A DNA stretch of 64,000 bases from a virus. The stretch lies in IMG/VR virus record IMGVR_UViG_3300045988_102159, positions 32,001 to 96,000 of that record. One strand, 5' to 3'. The translations under genes and the position numbers were made by a program. Positions 8,385 to 16,785 of the stretch are shown piece by piece. The first letter of the stretch is position 1. The number at the start of each line of letters is the position of its first letter. The notes below the pieces were generated by a model. The model was not told the DNA's origin. It saw nothing but the letters and a program-made list of their open reading frames with translations, and did not search any database.

Positions 8385-9171
8385 TAAACGTTATAAATAT
8401 AACGACGGAGACGTAATAAACGGTTTCAAGTTAATACATCGTGGCCCAATGTCTAAAACTAAAAAGTCATGTATTAGCACTTTTGAATGTCCATTCTGCC
8501 ACAGAGAATTTCAAGCAGATTTGTATAATATTAGCGGCACAAAGTATCACTATAAATCTTGTGGATGCAAGAAAATAAATCCAGAAACCGGTTTGTCGGC
8601 CAACATAAAAGATTTAACCGGCAAACGTTTTGGTATGTTAACAGTTGATAAAATATCCGATAAACGAGTTCCGCATCCAAGTGGAGGCTATTACATTTAC
8701 TGGGATTGTACATGCGATTGCGGCAATAAAAAGACGGTTGCTGGAAATAAACTTGTATCAGGACGCGTCTTCACCTGTGGGAAACACAATTTATCAAAAG
8801 GCGAAATTAAAATAAAAAACATATTAGATAATTTAAATATAGAATATATTCATCAATATACAATAGACAATTGCAGAAATCCAAAAACAAATCATTTACT
8901 ATTTTTTGATTTTTATTTACCGCTATACGAAACTATCATTGAATTTGATGGAGAGCAACATTTTCATATTCCAAAAAATAAAAAATCAACATTTTTTACT
9001 CAAGAGGAAATTGATAATATTCAATATAGAGATATGATTAAAACAAAATATTGCGAGCAAAATGACTATGATTTAATTAGAATACCTTATATGAATTATG
9101 ATATTTTAGATGAAAATTATTTTACAAATAAACTTATTATCCATAAGGAAAGAGGAACATGGACAAGATAA
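8365..9171 (+). CDS. free-standing nuclease-like protein (Cys-rich N-terminal half plus PD-(D/E)xK-like C-terminal half)
   Basis: CPFCH..CGC, GKRFGMLTV, WDCTCDCG..TCGKH, then SKGEIKI..FFDFYLP..IIEFDGEQHF..IRIPY, which resembles Vsr/DUF559-type endonuclease cores. The assignment is tentative. Confidence 0.45.
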   Translation: MAAQGSNKRYKYNDGDVINGFKLIHRGPMSKTKKSCISTFECPFCHREFQADLYNISGTKYHYKSCGCKKINPETGLSANIKDLTGKRFGMLTVDKISDKRVPHPSGGYYIYWDCTCDCGNKKTVAGNKLVSGRVFTCGKHNLSKGEIKIKNILDNLNIEYIHQYTIDNCRNPKTNHLLFFDFYLPLYETIIEFDGEQHFHIPKNKKSTFFTQEEIDNIQYRDMIKTKYCEQNDYDLIRIPYMNYDILDENYFTNKLIIHKERGTWTR

Positions 9172-10010
9172 TTGAATCTACTATTAAAAAGCTAGAGACA
9201 GTTGCCATTGACCCATATCCTACACTTAATCCTACTCTTGGTGTTATCCATCGAGCTGATAATGCAGCCGCAGGCTCGTATCTTAGCTCCATTAGGCGTA
9301 ATGCTGCGAAATATGGTTCGACTATAATCTCAGCTCAATGCGATACAATTCAAGATGCAAGTCTACAAATTCGCAGATGGTCACAAAACCCTAATATCAA
9401 CGGAATCATTCTTATCTCAGATTATGGCGAAGCGACTCAATCATTATATAATATGATTCCAATGCGACTTGATATTGATGGTCTTTCTAATAAATCTGCG
9501 GCACATCTATATGGCAGTAAAGACCCTATCGCATATCGTAAAGCTCCATGCACTGCCGTTGCATGTTTAAAGATTATCCAAACTCTATACGACAATAATC
9601 TCGCAGGTCTTAATGTCGCCGTTGTTGGTAGGTCTATGCGAGTTGGGCGACCTCTCGCAGAGCTATTATTGCAGCAAGACTGTACTGTAACACTTTATCA
9701 CAGTAAAAGTAAATTTATTTCAACAGAAGGAATGAATAATTTTAGCGATAAAGATGTATTTGTTTCTGCTATTGGACAACCAAAGCATTTTAATACCTCT
9801 AATCTTGATGCTTTCCGTTTAAATATCATTGATGTTGGCATAAATTATGACGAACAAGGACATATTTGCGGCGATGTCGATTATGATAGTGTTAAAGATT
9901 TAGCTGATTATATCACACCAGTTCCAAATGGCGTAGGTGCTGTTACAAATACTGTGCTGTTTGCTAAGCTATATGCAAACAAACTTGACTTCACAGGGAT
10001 TGATGCTTAA
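9159..10010 (+). CDS. folD: bifunctional methylenetetrahydrofolate dehydrogenase/cyclohydrolase FolD
   Basis: VVGRSMRVGRPLAELLL, TLYHSKS, IIDVGIN and ITPVPNGVGAVTNTVL match FolD signatures. Confidence 0.85.
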   Translation: MDKIIESTIKKLETVAIDPYPTLNPTLGVIHRADNAAAGSYLSSIRRNAAKYGSTIISAQCDTIQDASLQIRRWSQNPNINGIILISDYGEATQSLYNMIPMRLDIDGLSNKSAAHLYGSKDPIAYRKAPCTAVACLKIIQTLYDNNLAGLNVAVVGRSMRVGRPLAELLLQQDCTVTLYHSKSKFISTEGMNNFSDKDVFVSAIGQPKHFNTSNLDAFRLNIIDVGINYDEQGHICGDVDYDSVKDLADYITPVPNGVGAVTNTVLFAKLYANKLDFTGIDA

Positions 10011-10504
10011 TGCGTCTCTTGGCACTCGACCAAGCTAGTCGAGTAACAGGCGTGGCAATTTTTGATGATGATAAATTAGTCAAATACGGCACTTTTGAAA
10101 TTAAGTCAAACCAAGAGCTAGGTAAAAGATTAACGCAGTTTCTTGAGAATCTAGATAAGCTATATGTGGCATATCACTTTGATGCTGTAGCCTATGAAGA
10201 TATTCAATTACAAATGGGTAATGTTGAAACGTATCGCCGTCTCGCATATATTCAGGCCATGATTCTCTTTTGGTGTGAGAAGCATGAAAAGAATCTATAT
10301 TGTCTTTCTCCATCACACTGGCGTAAGATTTTAAAAGATAAATATGGTATGTCATGGGGTAGAAAAAGAGCAGAACAAAAACAAACTGCAATTGATTTTA
10401 TCCAAGAGCACTACAAAAAAGAAGTAGATAGCGATACCGCAGATGCTATTTGTATTGGGTGTGCGGCCAATATTGAAATCAATAAAAATGAATCGGCTTT
10501 CTAA
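10010..10504 (+). CDS. ruvC: RuvC-like Holliday junction resolvase
   Basis: MRLLALDQASRVTGVAIF.. (catalytic D), ..YEDIQLQ.., ..DTADAICIG. TAATG coupling to folD. Confidence 0.8.
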   Translation: MRLLALDQASRVTGVAIFDDDKLVKYGTFEIKSNQELGKRLTQFLENLDKLYVAYHFDAVAYEDIQLQMGNVETYRRLAYIQAMILFWCEKHEKNLYCLSPSHWRKILKDKYGMSWGRKRAEQKQTAIDFIQEHYKKEVDSDTADAICIGCAANIEINKNESAF

Positions 10505-10510
10505 AGCCAT

Positions 10511-10556
10511 AAAAAAAGAGGGGTATTCTCAATTAAGAGAATACCCCTTATTTTAT
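10511..10556. terminator. bidirectional intrinsic terminator between the convergent blocks
   Basis: Hairpin AGAGGGGTATTCTC / GAGAATACCCCT flanked by A7 on the left and a T-rich run on the right. Confidence 0.8.
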
Positions 10557-10560
10557 TTAA

Positions 10561-11607
10561 TTAAAAAGGATTAGCATCAGAAATACAAACCTGTAGACGG
10601 TCAAGAGCTTCACCATACATGCCAGCGAAATCATCGCCACCGTATGTAGAGCCATCATCGCATACAGAGTTTAGCCAACCTTCACGGTCAACTGTTTGTG
10701 AACGATAGTATACTTGCTTATATTCTTCACCCTTTGGTGTAATATAATACATGCGGACACCATCAATCGCATGGCCACCAATACCAGCGCAGCCGTTAAC
10801 GAGGTCATTTTTGTTGCCCTGAGATACGTAGTCTAACCAGCCGTCCTGCTGGGTATGAACCTGGTACTTTAGAGTACCACGGTCAGCCCAAGCGCACAGA
10901 TAATCGTGCTTGCCGCAAGGCACACCAGCAAAGCCGTTGGAATCAGAATTATTAAAGTTGGTTACTGTATCATTCCAGCCGCCATTGAGGTTGCGTAGAG
11001 CATAGTGAACATTAACTAGAGCTTTACCCTGCGGAGCCTTGTTAGTAGGAGCAGGCGCAGGAACAGGTTTATTTGTAGAAGGAGCAGGAGCCGCTTCGGT
11101 GCCGTTCTTCATTGCATCATACCAAGCCTGCGCTCGACTCATATATTCAGCGTTTTGACTACCAGCTAGTTCGCCAGGACACGCCGTAGACGAAAAATAG
11201 CGATGTGGGAAGACATTGACTAGCCATTGAGGACGACCAAGATTGTAATAGAGGCAAAGAGCAGCGACAAGATGCGCACCAGACTCTAAAGCAGCAGGGA
11301 AGACTGTCCAAGGATTGCTGTTGTTATTAGCGTGCTCAATAGAGATAGTATGTGTATTTGCATACCAGTTGCCGCAAGCCCAAGCAGTATCCCAATCATT
11401 GACCATCTGGCCGATTTTGCCATCAGCCTGAACCGCATAGTGGGCCGAAGTCTGTGAATGGCTCCATAGATTATAGCACTGGTCGATAGAAAGATTACCA
11501 GCCATATGATGAATGGTAATACCAGTAATATTAGCACCTTCACGACCTGCGGTATAGTCGCAAGGCAGAATCTTGGTTACATCAGCTTGAATGTTTTTCC
11601 AATCCAT
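10561..11607 (-). CDS. endolysin: N-acetylmuramoyl-L-alanine amidase (Amidase_2/PGRP type) with C-terminal ChW-like wall-binding repeats
   Basis: GITIHHMAG, SAHYAV, ISIEHAN and FSSTACPG form the amidase core, followed by a Pro/Ala linker and three G-W-containing repeats (GGWND.., DGWLDYV.., EGWLNSV..). Confidence 0.9.
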   Translation of the reverse strand: MDWKNIQADVTKILPCDYTAGREGANITGITIHHMAGNLSIDQCYNLWSHSQTSAHYAVQADGKIGQMVNDWDTAWACGNWYANTHTISIEHANNNSNPWTVFPAALESGAHLVAALCLYYNLGRPQWLVNVFPHRYFSSTACPGELAGSQNAEYMSRAQAWYDAMKNGTEAAPAPSTNKPVPAPAPTNKAPQGKALVNVHYALRNLNGGWNDTVTNFNNSDSNGFAGVPCGKHDYLCAWADRGTLKYQVHTQQDGWLDYVSQGNKNDLVNGCAGIGGHAIDGVRMYYITPKGEEYKQVYYRSQTVDREGWLNSVCDDGSTYGGDDFAGMYGEALDRLQVCISDANPF

Positions 11608-11627
11608 AATTTTCCTTTCTATTGGAA

Positions 11628-11655
11628 ATAAAAAAGGGAGCCGTTAGGCTCCCTT
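11628..11655 (-). terminator. intrinsic terminator between holin and endolysin genes
   Basis: On the minus strand, AAGGGAGCC-uaac-GGCUCCCUU followed by a T-rich run. Confidence 0.6.
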
Positions 11656-11663
11656 GTGTAACA

Positions 11664-11954
11664 TTATTTAGATTCTTTATCGGAACCGTTGAGAAGATTT
11701 TTATAGGCTTCAAAAAGACCTGTACTTGCCAAACCACTACTTAATCCTGCAACTACAACATCAACAGTAATTGGAACACCTGTTGTGACGGCAGTAAAGA
11801 TTGTGGCGGCAACGCCAAGCACACCTACGATAAGAGGAATAAAACGGTTAATAGAATCATTTGGAATCAAGTTCTTAATAATGTAGCCGACCAAAAGACA
11901 TAGAATAACTACACTAGGAACAAGATAGGTAGAGATAGTTGATAAATCAAACAT
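11664..11954 (-). CDS. holin (putative)
   Basis: 96 aa with 2-3 hydrophobic segments (VVILCLLVGYII, FIPLIVGVLGVAATIFTAV) and a charged C-terminus, immediately upstream of the endolysin. Confidence 0.65.
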   Translation of the reverse strand: MFDLSTISTYLVPSVVILCLLVGYIIKNLIPNDSINRFIPLIVGVLGVAATIFTAVTTGVPITVDVVVAGLSSGLASTGLFEAYKNLLNGSDKESK

Positions 11955-11965
11955 TGTTAAATCTC

Positions 11966-12142
11966 CTATTCAGATTTATAATTCTTGAATTCCTCAAGAA
12001 TTTCATCAGCTTGAGCCTGAGATAGCTTAGGATAGCTAGCAAGAATATCATCAAGAGTTTCGCCACGGTCTAGACGAATCTTAACGGCTTTCTTAACGAT
12101 TTTAAAAGCGAGTGCGGAAACACCTTTAGTGGGACGTGCCAT
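11966..12142 (-). CDS. small XkdX/CD1375-like protein, paralog A (58 aa, below ORF-track cutoff)
   Basis: MARPTKGVSALAFKIVKKAVKIRLDRGETLDDILASYPKLSQAQADEILEEF... The ATG overlaps the upstream stop (TAATG). Paralog of 12300-12461. Confidence 0.55.
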   Translation of the reverse strand: MARPTKGVSALAFKIVKKAVKIRLDRGETLDDILASYPKLSQAQADEILEEFKNYKSE

Positions 12143-12297
12143 TATTCATCACTTCCTGATACAATCTCAGAAACAAGTTCATTAAGGTCATCAATGTCAG
12201 ATTCCATCTGGATAAAACGATTAACGACAAACTTCTTAACAGTGCCGATAATGGTAATTAGCAATGCACAAGCAATTACACCTAGAATAAAGTCCAT
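12142..12297 (-). CDS. small membrane protein (51 aa; XhlA/holin-accessory-like by position)
   Basis: MDFILGVIACALLITIIGTVKKF.. gives an N-terminal TM segment. The C-terminus SEIVSGSDE is shared with the 173-aa protein upstream. Confidence 0.5.
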   Translation of the reverse strand: MDFILGVIACALLITIIGTVKKFVVNRFIQMESDIDDLNELVSEIVSGSDE

Positions 12298-12299
12298 AA

Positions 12300-12461
12300 T
12301 TACTCACTTTCTTTTGGAGTATAGAATTCACGAAGTTCGGCAGTCTGCTCCGCAGACAGCTTAGGATAGCTGGCGAGAATGTCTTCCAGTTCTTCACCAC
12401 GCTCAAGACGGATTTGTACTGCACTTTTAACGATTTTAAAAGCCATTTTAGATACTGCCAT
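12300..12461 (-). CDS. small XkdX/CD1375-like protein, paralog B (53 aa)
   Basis: MAVSKMAFKIVKSAVQIRLERGEELEDILASYPKLSAEQTAELREF.. with TAATG coupling to the 173-aa ORF. Confidence 0.55.
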   Translation of the reverse strand: MAVSKMAFKIVKSAVQIRLERGEELEDILASYPKLSAEQTAELREFYTPKESE

Positions 12462-12982
12462 TATTCATCACTTCCTGCAACGATTTCAGATAACATGATA
12501 GTTAAGTCACCGATAGATGTAGTGTTGGATTCAAGCTGGTCAGGACCATTTTCCATAAAGGCAGCCTGCTTTGCCTGCTTTTCTTCCATTTCCTTACGTT
12601 CTTTAAGTTCGGCTTCGGTATATAGAACGTAACGCTGAATATCCTCATATTCATCATATGCGTCTTTATGTTCTACATGCTCTTGGTCAATTACAGACTT
12701 GATTTCCGCGCCATGATAGACATTACCTTCGCCTTGGTCTACGTATTCAAATACACCAGCTTGGTCATCAATGACTTTGACATGTGCATCCGTATTACCA
12801 TCAACAAACATCTGTGAACCATCTTCAAAAGCAAAACGGATTACTTCGTAATGCTTTTTCTCAGGAATTTCAGCTTGTTCCTCATGGTGTGCGACAAATT
12901 TCTTATCAGACTTTAGATAGCCCTTTGTGGTATCAACGTCAGATTCTTTAATCTCAACGTCTTCCTCGTTTAGAATTTTCAT
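12461..12982 (-). CDS. hypothetical acidic protein (XkdW-position)
   Basis: 173-aa ORF with an RBS and C-terminus ..LSEIVAGSDE. It sits between the fibre-type genes and the lysis cassette. Confidence 0.6.
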   Translation of the reverse strand: MKILNEEDVEIKESDVDTTKGYLKSDKKFVAHHEEQAEIPEKKHYEVIRFAFEDGSQMFVDGNTDAHVKVIDDQAGVFEYVDQGEGNVYHGAEIKSVIDQEHVEHKDAYDEYEDIQRYVLYTEAELKERKEMEEKQAKQAAFMENGPDQLESNTTSIGDLTIMLSEIVAGSDE

Positions 12983-13009
12983 TTATACTCCTTTTATTTC
13001 CTAGGATTT

Positions 13010-13987
13010 TTATCCCTTATTGATATATACAGCCTTAATCGTAGCCCCTTCTGGAATATTAACATAACAAATAGGTTGTAAAGCAACTTTAATATGAGTT
13101 GCGGCACTCCAATCAGAAGCAATTGAATTGTCATAATTATATATCCTAGCACGAACATAACAATTATTATTGTTCTTCAAACCCATAATAAATGAATTTA
13201 GTGAAGGGTCAGATGAACTTACAGATATAACATTGCCAGATGCAACCTGGAATTCAGACCAAGAAGACCCTCCATCAGTGGAATATTGCCATTCTATTTT
13301 TTCAGAAGGATATAGCGTATCTGTTTTATCACATGTAAAATTAAAACTTCCAGCAGAAGGAAAAATGACGCCAACAGGATTAACAATCGTCGGAGCTATA
13401 GGTGCTGTATAAATTGTATTCGTGCTTTGATGCGTGGATTGACCAGCAGAGTTATATGAATTGACTCTAAACTCATATTTATGGTTGACAGAGACATCAT
13501 ATGTCGTACTGGTAGCTTTTGTATTTAAAATATTTTCCCAGTCTTCATCATCAACTCTTACGTCAACATGATTTCCTGTAGGAGTGCTTGTACCAGAACC
13601 ATTATTCGTCCAAGAGATAGTGACAGTTGAACCAGATAATACCGCCTTTTGATTAGTTACTACAGGAGGGACTACAACAGACGGAGGTGTTGCAGGAACG
13701 CTAACAGTTGTACTTGCAGAGCTATTGTCGAAATTGCTCCAACTTGGCCCACCGGCACTTACTGAATATGTACGCACACTTGTACTGTTTCCTACGTTAT
13801 ACGAGTGAGTCCAAGAAAAACTAGCACCATAAGGAATAGTACGGTACATATATTGTCGCGTACCGTTACATTCAGTCCAAAAGGTTTCAGTCACATTACT
13901 ATAAGTGTAGCCATTATTTGTAAATGTACCTGTTACATTTACAGTATTCTGATTTGCGCTAGCAGAAACAGAATATCTACTTCCCAT
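13010..13987 (-). CDS. structural protein with fibronectin type III-like repeats
   Basis: Ser/Thr-rich. ..SGSTVTISWTNNG..YEFRVNSYNSAGQS.. is a classic FN3 pattern. RBS GGAAGGAGG. Confidence 0.7.
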   Translation of the reverse strand: MGSRYSVSASANQNTVNVTGTFTNNGYTYSNVTETFWTECNGTRQYMYRTIPYGASFSWTHSYNVGNSTSVRTYSVSAGGPSWSNFDNSSASTTVSVPATPPSVVVPPVVTNQKAVLSGSTVTISWTNNGSGTSTPTGNHVDVRVDDEDWENILNTKATSTTYDVSVNHKYEFRVNSYNSAGQSTHQSTNTIYTAPIAPTIVNPVGVIFPSAGSFNFTCDKTDTLYPSEKIEWQYSTDGGSSWSEFQVASGNVISVSSSDPSLNSFIMGLKNNNNCYVRARIYNYDNSIASDWSAATHIKVALQPICYVNIPEGATIKAVYINKG

Positions 13988-14042
13988 TCAGTTCCTCCTT
14001 CCATTTTTTAAATCGTATTTTACTAATATACATAAAAAATGG

Positions 14043-14079
14043 GCAGAACTATTTACATAATTCTGCCCAAAAACTTTAA
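14043..14079 (-). terminator. intrinsic terminator
   Basis: Minus strand UGGGCAGAA-loop-UUCUGCCCA followed by T6, directly after the stop at 14081. Confidence 0.7.
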
Positions 14080-14080
14080 G

Positions 14081-14374
14081 CTACTTATACATATCAATTA
14101 ATGTCTTGACATGTGCCACACCATCAATTATCTTCTTGTTTTGCCAATCAAACAGATTCTGCACTATATCAGTTTGTTCTCCAAGAGATTCATAAGCCTT
14201 GAGTAAATGTGAATGTAATATCTGTATGTGAGAATACTCTTGCTTAGACAAATCATTATACATATTAGATAGTTGCGGCGAATCGTCTTTCAATGACAGC
14301 GCTAGCTCCGCATATTCCTTTGCGCCGCATATTTCATCATCAACTTGGTCAAGTAGCGTTTTAAAAATTTCCAT
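14081..14374 (-). CDS. hypothetical helical protein (ferritin-like E..Y / E..H half-motifs)
   Basis: 97 aa with DEICGAKEYAELA and SKQEYSHIQILHSHL. The assignment is weak. Confidence 0.5.
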   Translation of the reverse strand: MEIFKTLLDQVDDEICGAKEYAELALSLKDDSPQLSNMYNDLSKQEYSHIQILHSHLLKAYESLGEQTDIVQNLFDWQNKKIIDGVAHVKTLIDMYK

Positions 14375-14781
14375 TACGCAATCTTTACTACAATAATGTT
14401 GGCGATACGGACGCTTGTAGCGTTTAATGCCTTGACATTAATTGTAGCCTGCGGAGCATTGCAAGGAACTGTGACAAGTGCTGAAAACGCCTGAGACGCA
14501 AGATTACCTACTGCGGCACCTGTATCAATAGCATGTGCCGCTGGAAGAGCGTTGCCGTTGCGATACATTTGTGTTTCTATTGGTCCTTCTGCTGTTGCGG
14601 CAAATGTGAAATTTGCCATAATCTGATAAAGACCGCTATTGTTAATAGTGATGTTCTTACCATCGCACGAGATGCACTTATTAGATACTGTGGAGCTAGG
14701 TACTGGAATGGTGTCGCCAGCAGCTAGTGTAAGCGCCGTAGCGCTATCATAAGTGAATCTGCCTACTGTTTTGATGCCCAT
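14374..14781 (-). CDS. C1q/TNF-like (BclA C-terminal-domain-like) jelly-roll protein
   Basis: NITINNSGLYQIMANFTFAA..QMYRNGNALP..ATINVKALNATSVRIANIIVVKI fits the BclA-CTD/C1q strand pattern. Confidence 0.5.
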   Translation of the reverse strand: MGIKTVGRFTYDSATALTLAAGDTIPVPSSTVSNKCISCDGKNITINNSGLYQIMANFTFAATAEGPIETQMYRNGNALPAAHAIDTGAAVGNLASQAFSALVTVPCNAPQATINVKALNATSVRIANIIVVKIA

Positions 14782-14806
14782 AATAAACTCCTAAAGATAG
14801 ATAGGA

Positions 14807-15424
14807 TTAAAAAGTAGCTCCATTGCAACCGCAGCCACAAGGAGTAGCGAAGTTAGGTACTACGCCATAACCATAAGGGGAAATACGAGGTACGCCGCAG
14901 AACATATTCTGGGTTTTAAGCTCGGAAACTTGAGCCTGTAGAGACTCAATCTTATCCTGTGCAAGAGCATCTAGAATCTTTTGGGTCTGTGCGGTGGTGT
15001 TCTCGTTGATAGAAGCGGTGTTCATTGCAGCACTGTATTTAAGGTCTGCCGTGGCCTGCTTATTCTCGCAGCAACAATTCGCTAGCTGGCTAGAAAGCGC
15101 ATAGTTACCATCTTTGATAGCATCCTGAGTAGATGCGAAGTTGCGTAAATTCTCATAGCCAACAGATGCTAGACCTTGTGAAGTCTGCATGAACTGTGTT
15201 TGCATTAGGTCAGACAGACGGCCAACGCTATTTTCAAGGTTATTGAAATTCATAGCGCTGCAAAGGTCTGCTTCGGTAACAGGCTGTTCAGTGGTGTTGC
15301 GATTCCAGCCATTACCATACATAAATAGGAAAAGAACAATAATCCAAATCCAGCCACCAGCACCGCCCCAATTGTCGTTGTCTTTGGTGACTGCCGCAAT
15401 ATCGGATAGAGACATATTTTCCAT
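14807..15424 (-). CDS. membrane-anchored coiled-coil protein with Cys-rich C-terminus
   Basis: Contains the TM segment GGWIWIIVLFLFMYG, an internal CCC, a coiled coil, and the terminal PCGCGCNGATF. Confidence 0.6.
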   Translation of the reverse strand: MENMSLSDIAAVTKDNDNWGGAGGWIWIIVLFLFMYGNGWNRNTTEQPVTEADLCSAMNFNNLENSVGRLSDLMQTQFMQTSQGLASVGYENLRNFASTQDAIKDGNYALSSQLANCCCENKQATADLKYSAAMNTASINENTTAQTQKILDALAQDKIESLQAQVSELKTQNMFCGVPRISPYGYGVVPNFATPCGCGCNGATF

Positions 15425-15486
15425 AATAATCTTCTTTCTATCGTGGTGTATAGAAATATTTTATCCTGTGCGCACAAGAGGATAAA

Positions 15487-15696
15487 CTAATTGAAGAATT
15501 TAGCTATATTCATAGCCTGTTGTTTTAGTGTCTCAAACTGCTGTTGAGACATTTGCCCAGAAGAGATAAGAGACTGAACTTTCTCTTGGGCTTGTTGAGG
15601 TGTGATGTTACTACTTTTAATGAAGTCCAACAACTCGGTCATTGGGTTGTTTTGCGGCATTTGTGTTTGCTGCAAGGTTTGAAATAATTGATTCAT
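15487..15696 (-). CDS. small Gln-rich protein
   Basis: The internal ATG at 15696 is preferred (AAGGAG 4 nt upstream, MNQLFQTLQQ..). It overlaps the upstream gene by 80 nt. Confidence 0.5.
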   Translation of the reverse strand: MNQLFQTLQQTQMPQNNPMTELLDFIKSSNITPQQAQEKVQSLISSGQMSQQQFETLKQQAMNIAKFFN

Positions 15697-16000
15697 ACTG
15701 CTCCTTCCATTTGTTGAATTCATCTTTTGTTATATAGTTATCCGCAGTTTGCGGCTCAACTTTTTTGAAGGAGTATTCTGAAATGGTAGATATACCATTC
15801 ATATCAGTTTCTTTTAAATAAAAAATATCCTTATTTGAATCCATAAGCAACGCTTTCGTTCCGCGAGGAACGGCACAGCTTTCCGCTTCTTGACGATTAG
15901 ACACAAATCTAACGCCTTGAATTTGATTTGCGGGTGTGTACGCGCTATTCTGCATAGGCATATATGGCGCATATGGATTGAAATAAGGATATTCGTTCAT
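15617..16000 (-). CDS. hypothetical protein (Pro/Tyr-rich N-terminus)
   Basis: 127-aa ORF with RBS AAGGAGAA upstream. Confidence 0.6.
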   Translation of the reverse strand: MNEYPYFNPYAPYMPMQNSAYTPANQIQGVRFVSNRQEAESCAVPRGTKALLMDSNKDIFYLKETDMNGISTISEYSFKKVEPQTADNYITKDEFNKWKEQYESIISNLAANTNAAKQPNDRVVGLH

Positions 16001-16044
16001 GGTGTTCTCCTTAGTGATATGTAGTAATACATATATATATAAAA

Positions 16045-16111
16045 GAAGATATGGTAAGATTTAATCTATAGTGTGGTATGGAATCTGATTTAACTTCATT
16101 ACCATATCTTC
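16045..16111 (-). terminator. large inverted repeat, possible terminator or operator
   Basis: 13-bp arms GAAGATATGGTAA / TTACCATATCTTC separated by 41 nt and followed by a T-run on the minus strand, in the 188-nt gap between genes. Confidence 0.35.
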
Positions 16112-16188
16112 GTAGTGTCTTTAAGATTTTTCTCTCTACTATACCTAAAAATTAAAGGGTAAAAATTATAATACTTTGCCCAAATATT

Positions 16189-16770
16189 TTAAATTTTAAT
16201 CCAAATTTTGCATGTATCGCTAGTAGGTTGTGTGCTAGATATGATTATAATATCGTTCGCTGCTTTGGCATTGAGCTTTGTATTTATTTCACTTTCAGTG
16301 TAATAGCGGTCATCGTGAGTATGACCAGTATCAGACTTACCGTCAAGTGCAGATTTAACAACCTTACTTTGAACTGGATTGGTAGAATTAGCAACAAATG
16401 ATGCATCTACAACGGTCTTGTTTGCGCCAGTAGCAACACTATCAAGTTTAGACTTATCTGCGGCAGACATAAGACCATCTGCACTGGCAGTAGCATTATT
16501 ATATATAGTATTTGAATCTGTAACGTTAACAGAACTACCGTCACTACCTTTGAGAGTAATTGTGCTGCCACTCTTGGTTAAAGTGTAAGTAGTATTTGTA
16601 TTGATATTATCTTTAATCTGAATCAGAGAGGACGAAGAAATACCCATCCACAAAGTGCCGGTATCAGTTGCAACATATAATGCACCATCCAATACTTTGT
16701 TTTCGGCAGTGAGTGCTTTGATATTAGGTTCTTTATCTCTGATAAATTTTACTCTTGCTATCTTGCTCAC
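16189..16770 (-). CDS. short fibre-like structural protein
   Basis: GTG start. Contains ..DGLMSAADKSKLDSVATGAN.. and ..GHTHDDRYYTESEINTKL.. fibre motifs and ends KIWIKI. Confidence 0.7.
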   Translation of the reverse strand: MSKIARVKFIRDKEPNIKALTAENKVLDGALYVATDTGTLWMGISSSSLIQIKDNINTNTTYTLTKSGSTITLKGSDGSSVNVTDSNTIYNNATASADGLMSAADKSKLDSVATGANKTVVDASFVANSTNPVQSKVVKSALDGKSDTGHTHDDRYYTESEINTKLNAKAANDIIIISSTQPTSDTCKIWIKI

Positions 16771-16785
16771 ATCCTTTCTGATATA

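Noticed and set aside
15697-15723. Upstream ATG (15723) as the start of the Gln-rich mini-protein, or a frameshift fusion of 15617-16000 with it.
   Set aside because: The internal ATG at 15696 has a perfect AAGGAG with 4-nt spacing. There is no slippery sequence in the overlap, so a simple overlapping gene pair is more parsimonious.
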